From contig JADJYT010000016.1 of the NCBI GenBank assembly GCA_016719635.1, positions 64,829 through 128,828 of the forward strand: a stretch of DNA of 64,000 nucleotides. The letters run 5' to 3'. Within the stretch, counting starts at the first letter, position 1; each line of letters begins with the position of its first letter. A program made the translations under genes and the position numbers. The notes below the pieces were generated by a model, which made no database searches, had not been told where the DNA came from, and was given only the letters and a program-made list of their open reading frames with translations. Shown piece by piece: positions 1 through 9,500 of this stretch. Source of the DNA: Sphingobacteriales bacterium (GTDB lineage: Bacteria; Bacteroidota; Bacteroidia; Chitinophagales; JADIYW01).

Positions 1-73
1 TGGCTGTAACATTTGCGGAATTTCTCTCCGCCGGCTGGCGGATCGAAATGACGTGTTCCTCTCGGTCTATTAA

Positions 74-1213
74 CTACTTACAATCTCCTTTTTCTCTTAT
101 TTTCTGATAAAAATCTTCGTAAAGGGGTAAGATATTCCTGATGTCAAACTTTTGTGCCTGTGCAAAAGCATTCTTTTTAAACTGAGCCAACTTTGCATCA
201 TCTTTCAGCAGTTCCATCGATTTTAGCGCCATCCCTTCCACATCTCCTACGTTTAGCAAGAAGCCGGTCACTCCTTCAATATTTACTTCCGGGATGCCCC
301 CGGCATTGGAAGATACTACGGGAACCTCACAGGCCATCGCTTCCAATGCTGCCAATCCGAAACTCTCGCTTTCAGAAGGCATCAGGAACACATCCGCTAC
401 CGCCAACAGTTCCTCCACCGCTTCCTGCTTACCCAAAAACCGGACATCCATAGAGGTGCACAGACTACGCGCTAAAATTTCTGTCGCCTGGCGTTCCGGA
501 CCATCTCCTATCATGAGCAGCTTGGAAGGAATCTGAGAAGATACTTTGCAAAAGACATGGATGACATCTTCCACCCGTTTTACCTTTCTGAAATTGGATG
601 TATGTACCAATATTTTTTCCCCGTTGGGTGCAATCGCCTTTTTAAAATGGTCTTTGTTTGTTTTTTTAAATCTGGAAAAGTCTATAAAATTGGGTATCAC
701 CTCAATCTCATTTTTGATATCGAAATGGGCGAATGTATCTTTCCTTAAGCTCTCAGAAACCGCCGTCACACCACAGGACTGATTGATGGAATAGGTGACC
801 ACCGGTTCATACGTAGGATCTTTGCCAACGAGCGTGATATCCGTACCGTGCAAAGTGGTGATGACCGGAATATCCAATCCTTTCTGCAACAAGATCAGAC
901 GTGCCATATAGGCAGCAGAGGCATGCGGAATGGCATAATGCACATGAAAGATATCGAGTTTTGCATTGATGGCCACATCCACCAGCTTGCTTGCCAGCGC
1001 CGTCTCGTAAGGAGCATAATCGAACAGGGGATAATCGTTGAGACGCACCTCGTGGAAGAAAATATTTTCATTGAATGTATCCAGCAGACGGGCAGGCTCT
1101 TTGTAGGTGATGAAGTGGACATTGTGTCCCTTCTGTGCCAACCCTTTTCCTAACTCCGTGGCCACCACACCACTGCCCCCGAAAGTGGGATAACAGACAA
1201 TACCAATATTCAT
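74..1213 (-). CDS. bshA: N-acetyl-alpha-D-glucosaminyl L-malate synthase (bacillithiol biosynthesis glycosyltransferase, GT4)
   Basis: 379 aa. The N-terminus MNIGIVCYPTFGGSGVVATELGKGLAQKGH is typical of BshA. The C-terminal ESFGLAALEAMA..PVV motif is the GT4 EX7E region. ATG at 1211-1213. Confidence 0.85.
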   Translation of the reverse strand: MNIGIVCYPTFGGSGVVATELGKGLAQKGHNVHFITYKEPARLLDTFNENIFFHEVRLNDYPLFDYAPYETALASKLVDVAINAKLDIFHVHYAIPHASAAYMARLILLQKGLDIPVITTLHGTDITLVGKDPTYEPVVTYSINQSCGVTAVSESLRKDTFAHFDIKNEIEVIPNFIDFSRFKKTNKDHFKKAIAPNGEKILVHTSNFRKVKRVEDVIHVFCKVSSQIPSKLLMIGDGPERQATEILARSLCTSMDVRFLGKQEAVEELLAVADVFLMPSESESFGLAALEAMACEVPVVSSNAGGIPEVNIEGVTGFLLNVGDVEGMALKSMELLKDDAKLAQFKKNAFAQAQKFDIRNILPLYEDFYQKIREKGDCK

Positions 1214-1265
1214 AGCTATTCTTTTAACGCCTATAAAGGTAATAAGTTTCAGGCAACCCTCGAGG

Positions 1266-3296
1266 TCAATCCTGTCTTAATTGTTCCTGCATGGAAAGTC
1301 CGCACTGCAGGAAAGCGGCATAATTATTTTTGTCGGCAGAAAAACTGTAATCTACCGGCTGGTTGAGAAGCTGTTCTTTCGTATTGATCAGCACATACTG
1401 AGGCTGTGCGTTGGTTTTGAAATGCCTGGCCTGAAAGTCACTCCACTTTCCACCAACCGTTTTTATTTCTTTTTGTTTTCCGGTAGCATCCGAGGCAAAC
1501 CATTCCGACTCTGGCAAAGGTTTTCTGTCATCGACATACAATGAAATTACGACATATTTTTTCATCAGGCTTTGTATGGATGCATCACTCCAGACATTTT
1601 CCTCTATCTTTCTGCAATTGACACATCCAAAACCGGTGAAATCGAGCAATATGGGCAGGTCATGTGTTTTTGCATAAGCGAGTCCTTCATTGTAATCGGT
1701 AAAATGCAACAACTCCTCCTTATTCTCTTTCTTAAAATTATACGATGACGGAGGAGCCAGGCCGCTTAATAATTTCAAAGGTTTATAAGAGTATCCAGTT
1801 AGCAGATAACCAACAAAAACAACTGAAGCAACGCCAACGGCAAGTCTTCCCTTGCCTAATTTCTCCTTGGGGTTATCATGCGGGAAACGGATGAGTCCAA
1901 ATGAAAATAATGCCAACAGTGTAAAAATCAATATCCATGCCCCGAGGAATAATTCAATGCGGAAGAATCCCCAGTTTTGCGTTAAATCCACCACCGATAA
2001 AAATTTGAACGCCAATGCCAATTCCAGAAATCCCAGCACGACTTTTACAGTATTCAGCCACCCGCCCGACTTAGGCAATGAGTGCAGCCACTGCGGAAAC
2101 AAAGCAAACAAGGTAAACGGCAGGGACAAAGCCAGTGAAAACCCAAACATACCCAACAATGGTTTCAGAGGGATATGATTTAACAAAGTGGGACCACCTC
2201 CGGTTGCTGCCTCCACCAACAGTGTTCCGATTATAGGGCCGGTACACGAAAACGAAACCAACGCCAGTGTAAATGCCATAAAAAAGATACCGATATTGCC
2301 CCCTTTGCTGGACAAAGCATCCGATTTATTAGCCCAGGAAGCGGGCAACGTAATTTCATAATATCCGAAAAAGGAGAAGGCGAAAATGACAAACACGATA
2401 AAGAAGAGCAGATTGAACCACATATTGGTAGACATGGCATTCAGTGCATCGGAGCCAAATACGCCGGTGATGATTATTCCCAGCAACAGATATATCACTA
2501 TGATAGATATACCATAAATAAGTGCCTTACGTATGCCTTGTTTTCTGTCTTTTCCCCCTTTCGTGAAGAAACTGACGGTAAGCGGCACCATCGGGAAAAC
2601 GCAGGGTGTCAGTAATGCCAGCAGTCCGCCCAAAAACCCGGCGACAAAAATCCACCAGTAACTTTTATCTTTGCTTTGCGCCTGCACACTACAGCTGTTT
2701 TCCGCATATTTCCAGTCAAACGTTGCCGCAACGGCTGAAGCCATTCCTTTGGTAACAGCAGTTGGCGTATCTGTCGGTTCGGTTTGTTCCGGAATATTTC
2801 TGGACGTATCCGCAGTGGCGGCAGAAACGGTTCCACTCAGAGGAATTGAAAATTTCTCCGGACCAAAAGGGATACAGCCTTCCTCGTCCTTACAGACCTG
2901 TCCGTCAAACTCCCCTTTGAGAGTGGCATTCGGACTTTTTATTTTTACCTTCTGAACAAAGGTAACCGTATTGGAAAAAGAAGAGACTGTCACACCGAAC
3001 AGTTCATCGAACTGCTTTTTCAACTTTCCTATTTCTTTGGGTTTGCCGATTAATACGACAGCGGCATTTTTTTCAAATCTGAATTCAGTTGGCAACGGGC
3101 CGTTAGCTTCCGTAAATTGAGAATACACATGCCAGTCATCATCCAGCGAACAGATAATCTTGATATTAAACTCATCTCCGCTTATCTTTTCCACCTCACT
3201 TTTCCATGAAATATGCTGGTCAAATGCCGCTTTAGAAAAGAAAGCAGACAGGATAAAATAAAGAAAAAGGAAATACCTTATATTTTGTTGATTCAT
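1266..3296 (-). CDS. Thiol:disulfide interchange protein, DsbD family (N-terminal domain, CcdA-like membrane core, C-terminal thioredoxin fold)
   Basis: 676 aa with a signal peptide. The membrane core carries LTPCVFPMVP and FSCTGP motifs. The C-terminal thioredoxin-like motif is FGCVNCRK. Confidence 0.85.
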   Translation of the reverse strand: MNQQNIRYFLFLYFILSAFFSKAAFDQHISWKSEVEKISGDEFNIKIICSLDDDWHVYSQFTEANGPLPTEFRFEKNAAVVLIGKPKEIGKLKKQFDELFGVTVSSFSNTVTFVQKVKIKSPNATLKGEFDGQVCKDEEGCIPFGPEKFSIPLSGTVSAATADTSRNIPEQTEPTDTPTAVTKGMASAVAATFDWKYAENSCSVQAQSKDKSYWWIFVAGFLGGLLALLTPCVFPMVPLTVSFFTKGGKDRKQGIRKALIYGISIIVIYLLLGIIITGVFGSDALNAMSTNMWFNLLFFIVFVIFAFSFFGYYEITLPASWANKSDALSSKGGNIGIFFMAFTLALVSFSCTGPIIGTLLVEAATGGGPTLLNHIPLKPLLGMFGFSLALSLPFTLFALFPQWLHSLPKSGGWLNTVKVVLGFLELALAFKFLSVVDLTQNWGFFRIELFLGAWILIFTLLALFSFGLIRFPHDNPKEKLGKGRLAVGVASVVFVGYLLTGYSYKPLKLLSGLAPPSSYNFKKENKEELLHFTDYNEGLAYAKTHDLPILLDFTGFGCVNCRKIEENVWSDASIQSLMKKYVVISLYVDDRKPLPESEWFASDATGKQKEIKTVGGKWSDFQARHFKTNAQPQYVLINTKEQLLNQPVDYSFSADKNNYAAFLQCGLSMQEQLRQD

Positions 3297-3998
3297 TTAG
3301 GCTATAGTTAAGTTCAATAATGACTCGAACAGTTTTCTGCCATCCGTATTACCCAGTACGTCTTCCGCCGAACGCTCCGGATGCGGCATCATGCCAAATA
3401 CATTTCTGCCGGCATTACAGATACCGGCGATATTTTCTATGGAGCCATTTGGATTAGAAGTATCATTTATACTTCCCGAGACATCACAGTATTTAAACAA
3501 AATCTGATCGTTTTGTTTCAGGGAATGCAATGTTTTTTCATCTGCATAATATCTGCCCTCACCGTGTGCTATCGGGATGTTCAACGGTTCGCTTAAATCC
3601 AGGCTGCGGGTGATGGCGCTGTCCGTTGTCTGCGGCAGCAGATACTGGTTTTGACAGATAAACCGCTGATGGTCATTCATCAGCAAAGCACCCGGTAACA
3701 GATGACTTTCGCACAATACCTGAAATCCGTTGCATATACCCCAAACGTAACCGCCGCTACCTGCATGTTGGATCACTTTTTCCATAATGGGCGAAAAACG
3801 GGCAATAGCTCCACAACGCAGATAGTCTCCATAAGAAAACCCCCCGGGAATCATGATGCAGTCTTCGACAGTCAGATCCTGTAAAGAAGTGTCTTTATGC
3901 CATAAAATGCGGGTTTCGCACTGCATCACCTTACTGCACACATGAATTACATCCTGATCGCAGTTAGAGCCCGGAAAAACAACAACGCCAAATTTCAT
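3297..3998 (-). CDS. purQ: Phosphoribosylformylglycinamidine synthase subunit PurQ (glutaminase)
   Basis: 233 aa. It has MKFGVVVFPGSNCDQD at the N-terminus, the GICNGFQ nucleophile elbow and a MPHPER C-terminal motif. Its stop abuts the start of the DsbD-like gene. Confidence 0.9.
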   Translation of the reverse strand: MKFGVVVFPGSNCDQDVIHVCSKVMQCETRILWHKDTSLQDLTVEDCIMIPGGFSYGDYLRCGAIARFSPIMEKVIQHAGSGGYVWGICNGFQVLCESHLLPGALLMNDHQRFICQNQYLLPQTTDSAITRSLDLSEPLNIPIAHGEGRYYADEKTLHSLKQNDQILFKYCDVSGSINDTSNPNGSIENIAGICNAGRNVFGMMPHPERSAEDVLGNTDGRKLFESLLNLTIA

Positions 3999-4103
3999 AA
4001 TAAGAATTTTTTAGATTCGAGAAACGAGATTGGAGAAAGATTGACAGGATGTTAAAGCATCTCATATCTCTCCTCTCTAATCTCATACCTTAAGATTACG
4101 AAA

Positions 4104-5078
4104 TTATTTAATAATCCTTACAATGTTTGTAACAAATATCACTAATACAAAGATAGCATTCAGGATTTCGCCCAATCGCTTTTTACGTATTCTTAACATG
4201 AGCAGTGTCAGAAAGATGCTTACCGGAAGTATCAGATAGCTGAACACCACCGAATTTTGCCGGTAGCTTGACAGTACCACCGCTAAAGCACCTAAGAAAA
4301 ACAGAATAAGCATATTTACATTTTTCCTTCTTCTGATGCCTGCGGAGAACATTATACCCCGCAAACTGACAAACGAGAACAACAGATAGGATAAGATCAT
4401 TCCGACCGCTATCGCGCTGCTCGTATCAAAATCAGGTATTAACAGATGAAAATCCAACAACTCTGACATCTTAAATTTTAACGGAATATCCGCCAAATAA
4501 CTGATACTGACAACGACATAAGCGGGAAACAGTATACCAAAAAACAATAAGACAAAATGATGAAACCGAAAAGAACTTAAAATGTAAAATATCACCAGCA
4601 GAAAGGGCAGCATGAATATAAAATGCACATCCAGTAAGATAACAATTCCAGTCAGTACTCCCAGATTAAAAGATTCAAGCTTATTATTCTCTTTAGCCCC
4701 CACGATAAGCAGCATATGCAGAATGGCCAATAAAATAAAACCGATAATCGTAAAGACAGAGAATAGGTTGAATTGATGGAAAGCGGCTGTAATCATGCTG
4801 AAATACACGGCTGGCACAAGACTGCTGACTTCATGGTAATCTGCCTTGTTGAAAAGAGAATTAAACCATATTGCCTGCAAAAGAAGGCAGCATTGAGCAA
4901 GAATGAGATTGAGCAATGGATACCCTGGCAGAATGATGCCAATGCCACCCCACAGGGACTCCAACTCCGTAACAGCAGGGGAAATGCCTGATAAAAGAAA
5001 GGGAAGCCTGATAACAAGAAAAAACAGCAGAAAGGCTAAGGTAGTAGTAGGCTGCTGGGATTTAAAAAAAGATATCAC
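4104..5078 (-). CDS. Polytopic integral membrane protein, function unknown
   Basis: 324 aa, almost entirely hydrophobic helices. I recognised no catalytic motif. Confidence 0.6.
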   Translation of the reverse strand: MISFFKSQQPTTTLAFLLFFLVIRLPFLLSGISPAVTELESLWGGIGIILPGYPLLNLILAQCCLLLQAIWFNSLFNKADYHEVSSLVPAVYFSMITAAFHQFNLFSVFTIIGFILLAILHMLLIVGAKENNKLESFNLGVLTGIVILLDVHFIFMLPFLLVIFYILSSFRFHHFVLLFFGILFPAYVVVSISYLADIPLKFKMSELLDFHLLIPDFDTSSAIAVGMILSYLLFSFVSLRGIMFSAGIRRRKNVNMLILFFLGALAVVLSSYRQNSVVFSYLILPVSIFLTLLMLRIRKKRLGEILNAIFVLVIFVTNIVRIIK

Positions 5079-5118
5079 ATTTCAGGTTTAGGGAAGATTA
5101 TTTATGACCATTAGCCTG

Positions 5119-6666
5119 TTAGTATTGAAACAGTACTAATTGTAAATTACGTTTCTGCTCACTGGGAACGATGATGGTCTGACCGTCCAGCTGTTTGGCT
5201 TTCAGCGGCACCAATACCAAATCTTGTTTCTCGCTGTTCATAACACTCAGCCGTTTGGTCAGCCCATTTGGATTAATGTTATATTCCACAAAATTCCCAA
5301 TATTATAAAAATCCTCATTAAACAAGAATTTCAGTACATTATTCGATTCAAAGAATGCGAAGGAAGAATAATATCCTTCATCATTCTCTGACACCTGTAC
5401 TTTTGGTAAAGAGGATTGCCAGTCCAATGTACCGTCCTTATTGATAGAATAAATACCAATGTCGTAATAATGGTTTTGTTCAATATATCTGGCGGAAGTG
5501 GTTGCAGGATAGGTATTATAGTATCCATAATTGGTCATAGGCATACGTTCCACCCTTGTAAACTTATACTCCCCCTCCGTTACTACAATGGCACCACCGT
5601 CACTGCGCGGGATGATCCTTCTCGGACGCACCAGAGATGCCTTATCCTGCCATGTCTTGAATTCATTGTTTTGTGACCGCTGTAATATCTCCTCGTCAAA
5701 AGGCATCTTGGAATTGAGTAATACCGTATTGGCTCCCAAGTCAATGGTCTGGTTGAGTAACCCAATATCCCTCTTGTCTTTGATGCTCTTATAACAGGCT
5801 GTCACATAGACCAACCCGCTTTGATTGGTAACTTCCGTAATAATATTTTTAAGTATCGCATCCTGACTCATCAGCATCTGCTCACTGATGGTATTGGTGG
5901 ATGGATTATATGCGAAGATGGTATATTTATCAAAATTGTAATCCTGATTGTCATACCCTCCTTCATGACCTATCGCTGCAACGACACTACCCTGGTTGCT
6001 CACCTTAATAGATTTTAAAGACACATTACTGACATCTGTCAGCGTAAAGATATTTCTTTTCAGAATTCTCAGTGAATCGTCCATAACTGTAAACCGAACA
6101 AAAAATGAAGACTTTGTCTTCACTATATTAAATAGCAGTATCTTGGATTTGTCCGGTGACGCCTTTACATAAAAAGCTTTTGAATTTCCAACGTTTACCA
6201 AAGGGAGAGAATCCAAGAGAATGGTTTCGTTCGGTATTGTTAGCTTATTGTCCAGTACCTTTAACTTGAAGAATTGAAAATTTTCATTGTTCGTAGTATA
6301 AAAGGTCAGAACCTTATCTTTCAATAACAAGAAACCTTCCAGATTAATGCCCCTTCCCTTAAATGGCAATTCCTTTCTGTTGACAATACGCAGTTGATTA
6401 TCGTATGCAACCAACTCACTTTCGTTGCTGCCAAAGAAATGAATAAGGATACCCAAATCATTCTTACCAATGATTTCATAATCGGAAAAACGGCTTGCCA
6501 CTTTATCGGGACTTGATTTTACAATCGTTTGTGAAAACAGAGAAGAAGGGTTGGAAAGAAAAGAAATAAACAATAGCAGAACAACGAAACAGAACAAGTT
6601 CACTTTGACGAACATTCTGGAGGAAAGGTTCTTTGTACAGTTGCTATATGCCATATTAATTTTCAT
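5119..6666 (-). CDS. Hypothetical secreted/exported protein
   Basis: 515 aa ORF. A hydrophobic signal-like segment (MFVKVNLFCFVVLLLFISFL) suggests the true start may be Met18 near 6615. No recognised domain. Confidence 0.55.
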   Translation of the reverse strand: MKINMAYSNCTKNLSSRMFVKVNLFCFVVLLLFISFLSNPSSLFSQTIVKSSPDKVASRFSDYEIIGKNDLGILIHFFGSNESELVAYDNQLRIVNRKELPFKGRGINLEGFLLLKDKVLTFYTTNNENFQFFKLKVLDNKLTIPNETILLDSLPLVNVGNSKAFYVKASPDKSKILLFNIVKTKSSFFVRFTVMDDSLRILKRNIFTLTDVSNVSLKSIKVSNQGSVVAAIGHEGGYDNQDYNFDKYTIFAYNPSTNTISEQMLMSQDAILKNIITEVTNQSGLVYVTACYKSIKDKRDIGLLNQTIDLGANTVLLNSKMPFDEEILQRSQNNEFKTWQDKASLVRPRRIIPRSDGGAIVVTEGEYKFTRVERMPMTNYGYYNTYPATTSARYIEQNHYYDIGIYSINKDGTLDWQSSLPKVQVSENDEGYYSSFAFFESNNVLKFLFNEDFYNIGNFVEYNINPNGLTKRLSVMNSEKQDLVLVPLKAKQLDGQTIIVPSEQKRNLQLVLFQY

Positions 6667-6691
6667 CCTTTTTTTCTCACGGATTCAACCA

Positions 6692-7984
6692 TTATTTTTT
6701 CTGTCTGGGATCCAATGCATCTGTTAGTCCTTCACCAATCAAATTAAACAGCGTCACCGTCAGGAAGATGGCAACACCGGGAAAGATAGCCACCCACAAC
6801 TGGGAAGCACTTCCACGTGCCAATGACAACAATTTACCCCAGGTGATGATTTCCGGGGGAACACCCAGCCCTAAGAAAGACAGGGAAGATTCTATCAAAA
6901 TAGCTGCAGCAATACCAAATGCGACGGTAATCAATACCGGTGAAATGGCATTCGGTATGGCGTGTTTGAGTAATATCCTGGTCCTGCTGTATCCGAGCGC
7001 TTCGGATGCTTCAATATATTCTAAACTTCGCACTCTCAACAATTCCGCCCGTATGAAACGGGCAATCTCCGTCCAGGATGTAAGACCTATGATAACCATT
7101 ACCAGCATAATTCCAGGTTTAGAAATAGCAATGACCGCTATTATTAAGAATAAACGCGGAATGGACACCAATATTTCAATCAGCCGCTGAACAATGATAT
7201 CAACCGGTATCGCGGTCTTCTTTCTGAAAAACGGTATAATCTTTAATATAAAACCTGACGCATATCCAACGAAAAGCGCTCCTATGAAAATTCCAATACT
7301 GATGAGCAATTGTCCTAAGAAAGAAACGATTGATTTGCCAATTGCATCGCTTAATATATAGCTCCTGGAACCGAACGCATAAAACCATGCGAAATACAGA
7401 AAGATGAAACCCATCAGCATGGATGCTCTCGAAATCTTAATGCGGTTATCCCCGAAGAACCCGGCAAGAGACCCCAAAAGAATCCCGATCAATGAAGCGA
7501 TAGACATGGAAACAATACCTACGGTAAAGGCGATTCTGGTACCATGTATCAAACCCGCTAATATATCACGGCCTATTCCTTCCGTTCCAAGCCAGTGCCG
7601 CCACCGGGTGGAAGCTACGCTCTGTTTGGCAAACGGAGAGACAAAGCCTGAATTGAAGAAATCCTGGGTAGTCGGAGAATACGGAACAATGGGCCGTATG
7701 GCAAAATCAAACTTTGTATCTGTCCAGTTGATGTTCAATAAATCCTTTGGCCATTTTGCAATGCCTAAATCAACGGCATACTCTTTGAAAATAGGGAAAT
7801 AGGTATGGCCCTTATAGGTACACACTATCGGTTTTTCATTCGCCAGGAAGTCCGCGGTTATGGCTATCAATGCCATTACCGCTACAATATACGCTGAGAT
7901 AACGGCCCGCTTGTTTTTCTTGAACTGCCGTTTGACGTATGACCAGTAATCCTGCCTTTGATCTGTGTTGTTGGAGTCGCCCAT
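6692..7984 (-). CDS. ABC transporter permease, DppC/OppC-like
   Basis: 430 aa. It carries an EAA-loop-like sequence (YIEASEALGYSRTRILLKHAIPN) and multiple TM helices. It lies 1 nt after the upstream permease gene. Confidence 0.85.
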   Translation of the reverse strand: MGDSNNTDQRQDYWSYVKRQFKKNKRAVISAYIVAVMALIAITADFLANEKPIVCTYKGHTYFPIFKEYAVDLGIAKWPKDLLNINWTDTKFDFAIRPIVPYSPTTQDFFNSGFVSPFAKQSVASTRWRHWLGTEGIGRDILAGLIHGTRIAFTVGIVSMSIASLIGILLGSLAGFFGDNRIKISRASMLMGFIFLYFAWFYAFGSRSYILSDAIGKSIVSFLGQLLISIGIFIGALFVGYASGFILKIIPFFRKKTAIPVDIIVQRLIEILVSIPRLFLIIAVIAISKPGIMLVMVIIGLTSWTEIARFIRAELLRVRSLEYIEASEALGYSRTRILLKHAIPNAISPVLITVAFGIAAAILIESSLSFLGLGVPPEIITWGKLLSLARGSASQLWVAIFPGVAIFLTVTLFNLIGEGLTDALDPRQKK

Positions 7985-7985
7985 G

Positions 7986-9407
7986 TTATTTCTTATTATA
8001 CGAGATTCTTGGATCTACCACTGCATACAATATGTCAGCCACCAGATATCCGACTAATGTAAGAATAGCTGAAAACATGACAACCGTATATACTATCGGA
8101 TAATTTCTTGCCACCAGCGCTTCATAGGCCAGTTTTCCCATTCCGGGAATGGAAAAGATAATTTCTATTACAATCGAGCCGCTTATAGCCAGTGGAAATA
8201 CGCTGGCAAACAGGGTAATGATGGGTAATAACGAATTTTTAAATCCATGCTTCCATAAGACTTCTTTCTCTTCCAATCCCTTGGCCCTTGCCGTACGGAT
8301 ATAATCCTGGCTTAATGTCGTAATCATGGCTCCCCGCATCTGCCGGTATAAGAATGCCAGGCCACCGTAGGTAAAACAAATCATAGGCAGTATCAGATGG
8401 TATACGCGGGTACCTGCCACTTCCGCCAGGCTCATACTGCTGTCGAGCTCTCCTACCCCGTATGCCGGGAACCATCCCAGGAAGTCTCCACCTCCGAAAA
8501 ACAAGATCAACAGAGTGGCTACCCAGAAATTGGGCAACGAATATAACATAAACAAGAATGTAGAAATGGTCTGGTCTCTTTTGCTTCCTTTTCTCGCCGC
8601 TGAGAGAATGCCTAAGGGTATGGCTATGAGGTAGGTTAAAATAATGGATAAGATGCTCAGCATAACCGTCCAACGTACAGCATCCCATAACACGTTCTTT
8701 ACAGGACGGCCATCCTGATAGGAAATACCAAAATCCCCTTTAAAGAATTTGGTAATCCAGTGGTGGTATTGATTGTCTCTGCCATACCAGTGAAGGGCCG
8801 GAATATATTTTTTATAGGGTGTGGCCTTTTTTACGACGCCATCCGTATATGATGATTCCAACGTACTAAATGAAGGCTGCAATGCCGCTAATGTGGGTGC
8901 CTTACTGATTTCTTTTTCAATATTCCGGAAAGCAGTTTGCAGTGCATTGCCATCATAGTTCAGGTAAGTCTTCTGAATATTGTCCTTTATAATAATTAAT
9001 GCATCCCCATTGGCTGAATCTCTCGGCGTATCGCCCGTTTTCAATTCAAATGCCCGGATATTCTTGTAATACTGGTCAATCTCACTCCAGTTGCCGTATT
9101 TATCCACCAGCCTTTCTAAATTCTGACGATGAAACTTTTTAGGAATCTCATACATGTTGTTGGGGGTGGCAGCATTCGAAAGGGTGAAATAAAAGATGGG
9201 CAGATCCAATCCTAACTGTTTCCGTTTGTCAATGTACGCTCTCTCTGAAGCAATGGCATTAGCAGAACTTCCCATCTCACTGTTACTGTTAAGCATCTGT
9301 TCCACTGGGTCGCCGGGCACGCTGGTACTCAGCATAAAGGTGACTAAAGAAATAACCAGCAAGGTAGGGATGAAAATCAATATCCTTTTGACGATGTATT
9401 TGAACAT
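7986..9407 (-). CDS. ABC transporter permease, DppB/OppB-like, with an enlarged first periplasmic loop
   Basis: 473 aa. It has the N-terminal MFKYIVKRILIFIPTLLVISLVTF and the EAA motif (DYIRTARAKGLEEKEVLWKHGFKNS). A ~150-aa insertion follows TM1. Confidence 0.85.
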   Translation of the reverse strand: MFKYIVKRILIFIPTLLVISLVTFMLSTSVPGDPVEQMLNSNSEMGSSANAIASERAYIDKRKQLGLDLPIFYFTLSNAATPNNMYEIPKKFHRQNLERLVDKYGNWSEIDQYYKNIRAFELKTGDTPRDSANGDALIIIKDNIQKTYLNYDGNALQTAFRNIEKEISKAPTLAALQPSFSTLESSYTDGVVKKATPYKKYIPALHWYGRDNQYHHWITKFFKGDFGISYQDGRPVKNVLWDAVRWTVMLSILSIILTYLIAIPLGILSAARKGSKRDQTISTFLFMLYSLPNFWVATLLILFFGGGDFLGWFPAYGVGELDSSMSLAEVAGTRVYHLILPMICFTYGGLAFLYRQMRGAMITTLSQDYIRTARAKGLEEKEVLWKHGFKNSLLPIITLFASVFPLAISGSIVIEIIFSIPGMGKLAYEALVARNYPIVYTVVMFSAILTLVGYLVADILYAVVDPRISYNKK

Positions 9408-9440
9408 ATAGGTTCAAAAATACGATTTTAGCTGTAATTA

Positions 9441-9472
9441 AATAAAAAAAATCCTGCCGTTTGCGGCAGGAT
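9441..9472 (-). terminator. Rho-independent terminator/attenuator after the substrate-binding protein gene
   Basis: Perfect 9-bp stem atcctgccg (9451-9459) / cggcaggat (9464-9472) with loop tttg. On the minus strand it is followed by a T-run (A-run 9441-9450 on plus). Confidence 0.7.
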
Positions 9473-9500
9473 GCAATAGATTCAACTTTCTGATTGTCTT

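Noticed and set aside
1-73. Possible partial gene or terminator at the window start (ccgcc-ggct-ggcgg hairpin)
   Set aside because: The stem is only 5 bp with no T-run, and the fragment is too short to translate meaningfully.
8239-8688. 149-aa minus-strand ORF
   Set aside because: It is an alternative frame inside the DppB-like permease gene, with no independent support.
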